A stretch of 64,000 nucleotides of DNA, taken from Dipteris shenzhenensis. Lineage: Eukaryota. The notes beneath the pieces were generated by a model. The model saw only the letters and a program-made list of their open reading frames with translations, made no database searches and was not told where the DNA came from. The DNA lies in the NCBI GenBank assembly GCA_047967505.1, contig CM106538.1, one strand, 5' to 3'. Positions 61,952 to 64,000 of the stretch are shown here, piece by piece. How positions within the stretch are numbered: the first letter of the stretch is position 1; each line of letters begins with the position of its first letter. Position numbers and translations under genes: made by a program.

Positions 61952-62089
61952 ATACTAAACTTACATAAGAAGACAAAATGGCAACATCAACCACACCAAT
62001 CCCAAACAGTTCACACAAAGGCTTGAAGAAATAATAATATTAACACCTGCAGAGAGATAAATGGACCAACTACATATATTAGTTCACAC

Positions 62090-64000
62090 AATGGTATGCC
62101 TATTGAATGTAATTCACCTTGTTGTTCAATAAGAGTTCATTAGGTTATAATATTTATACAAAGCATGATGAGAATGGCAATATAGTTCTCATTGTCTTGT
62201 ATGTTGATGACATCATCATAATTGGTAATAATGAGAAACAAATGAAAGAGGCCAAATATGACCTAAACAGAGCCTTTGATCTTAGCTTTATGCATTACTG
62301 TTCTGGAAATCGAGGTCTATAGAGACTAAGTTAAAATGTTTTTATCCTAATCCAAGACATGAATGAAATTCTCAAATGGTTTAGAATGGAGAATTACAAG
62401 TCAATCAATAGACTAATGAATCCACATGAGAAATTGTCCAAAGATCTACATAGTCATGGAGTAGATGACATCTTATATAGGAAATTTGTAGTTAGCTTGA
62501 TACAATCAAACATAGTGTGTCCAGGTTTACCCTTCCCAAACTATGGCGAGTATTTGGACCGAAACACAGTACACACTCTGATGGCCATTTGGGCGAGCAT
62601 GGAGGGATCCTCTAGAGCAGCCACTGCCAGGAGAGTTATTTTTTTCAAAGTTGGGAGAGGATCTCCTTTCTTCTCTGAGTCTCCTTTAGGGTTGAGATGG
62701 CATTTTCAGCCTCCACCTTGGTTGTTTATTAGCTCATTTTGAGCTGTTTTTTCCTCATGCATTGCATGATGTACTCCCGCATTTGAGCTTGCTCTCACGG
62801 TTTTCATTCATACTTAATGAAGTAATTTTCTTGCAAAAAGAAAAACATAGTGTGTCCAGTCAGTGCAGTATCCCCATATATGGTTGATCAAAAGAAAGCC
62901 ATTAGAAGGCGACCAATAAAATTCTCAGATATGTAAAGGGAAACCTAACTCTACAAAAGAAGCAATGATAAAAATCTATCAGGGTTTATTGATTAGGCAG
63001 GATGCTCAGATGATGAAAGATCTATTACTTCAGGTTGGATTTTACCTGATATCGTGGAGTGGTAAGAAGCAAAGTACTATTGCTTTATCCTCCATAGAGA
63101 TTGAATATAGAGCATCCACTAACATAGCCTGTAAGGCTATCTAGTTGAGGAGGATCTTTAATGATGTTGGGCTTATTCAAAAAAATCAAATTTTGTTATT
63201 GATTGATAATAAAATCTCTACTAATGTGGTCAATGATCTTGTATTTTAAACTTGAACAAAGCACATTGAGATACAACATCACCTTATACATGAAAAGGTA
63301 TTGAGCAATGAAATCTATTGTTCAATACAAGATCAGGTGGTTGATATCCTAACCAAACCTCTTGCGAGGATTAAGCAAGAGAAGTCTTCCAACTGTTGTG
63401 TGTGAAGCCTAATCCATTTTTCATCAAGGAGAAGTGTTGGAAAGAGTGATGAACTATGGAGCTAGTTCACTAAATTACCCAAGGGTAATTTGTGTACTGG
63501 TCTTTGTGCTCATTTTCCCGGGGTGTAGTTTGGCAAAAGTAGTTTTGGCAATCATGCTTCTATGTCAGACTATGTTCACGTCTTCTCTTAGTGTCGCTAT
63601 TGGTCCCCGTAGTCATTGTATCATGCTCGTACCATATGACTGGAGCATTCTCTAGTGGATCTTTTTCCCTATTTGCGATTGTCTTTGTATCGGTCTCTTC
63701 AAGATGCTCATTCTCTTGGAAAGCTTCCTCTGGCCCAGTTAGAAGTGTTTTATTATTGCTTCTAGCTTTGAGTAGTAGCTGTTCCACTTTGGACAGCTAT
63801 GAATGTACATTCTTCTAAATGAAATATCTGCTTTACAACAAAAAAAGTGCTCAAGGAAGAGAGGATGGTATCCCTCCAAAGACATCACAATCCAAATATA
63901 CTTGTGTGATCACCTAGTTTGAATACTTGTATATTTTCACAAAGAGTCTTGCAAAATTTCCTCCCACCTTCGCCTCTCTCGCTTGTGCTTTTCTTTGCCA
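62090..64000 (+). mobile_element. Decayed Ty1/copia RT-RNaseH with PPT and probable 3' LTR start
   Basis: LYVDDIII, SWSGKKQSTIALSS, TKHIEIQHH and DQVVDILTKPL. PPT-like TCAAGGAGAAG, then TGTTGG at 63435. The LTR end is not determined. Confidence 0.85.
62525..62842 (+). mobile_element. ~315 bp polyA retroposon (LINE 3' end), copy 2
   Basis: 17-bp TSD AAACATAGTGTGTCCAG at 62508-62524 and 62843-62859, with an A-tail. Confidence 0.92.

Noticed and set aside
63435-64000. 3' LTR as partner of copia C's 5' end at ~50790
   Set aside because: No sequence similarity is visible, and the 62-63 kb copia part looks more decayed, so it is probably a separate element.

Overview
This is repeat-dense land-plant nuclear DNA. 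A large-genome non-seed plant such as a fern is plausible, but that is inference. The only clear host gene is a GH38 lysosomal/vacuolar alpha-mannosidase on the + strand, with exon 1 at 32158-32376 and exon 2 at 33284-33367. No exon 3 was found, so everything downstream (over 30 kb) is probably one giant intron packed with nested retroelements. That region holds a minus-strand chromovirus (element A) carrying two younger Ty3/gypsy insertions with exact TSDs (B and D). It also holds Ty1/copia elements, L1-like LINE insertions, two copies of a ~315 bp polyA retroposon, and LTR fragments. The left half contains decayed LINEs, a non-autonomous DNA transposon with a long hairpin, copia and CACTA remnants, and a ~9 kb Helentron/Helitron2-type element with Rep, PIF1 helicase and an RPA1-like gene. 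The most unusual signals are four. (1) Element D has TSD-proven ends, yet its 5' LTR lacks U5 and any PBS. (2) A copia-type gag lies directly behind the 3' LTR promoter of gypsy element A. (3) The Helentron-type element sits head-to-head with the host gene. (4) The two LINE-tail retroposons share the same 5' end. All coordinates and alignments were read by eye.
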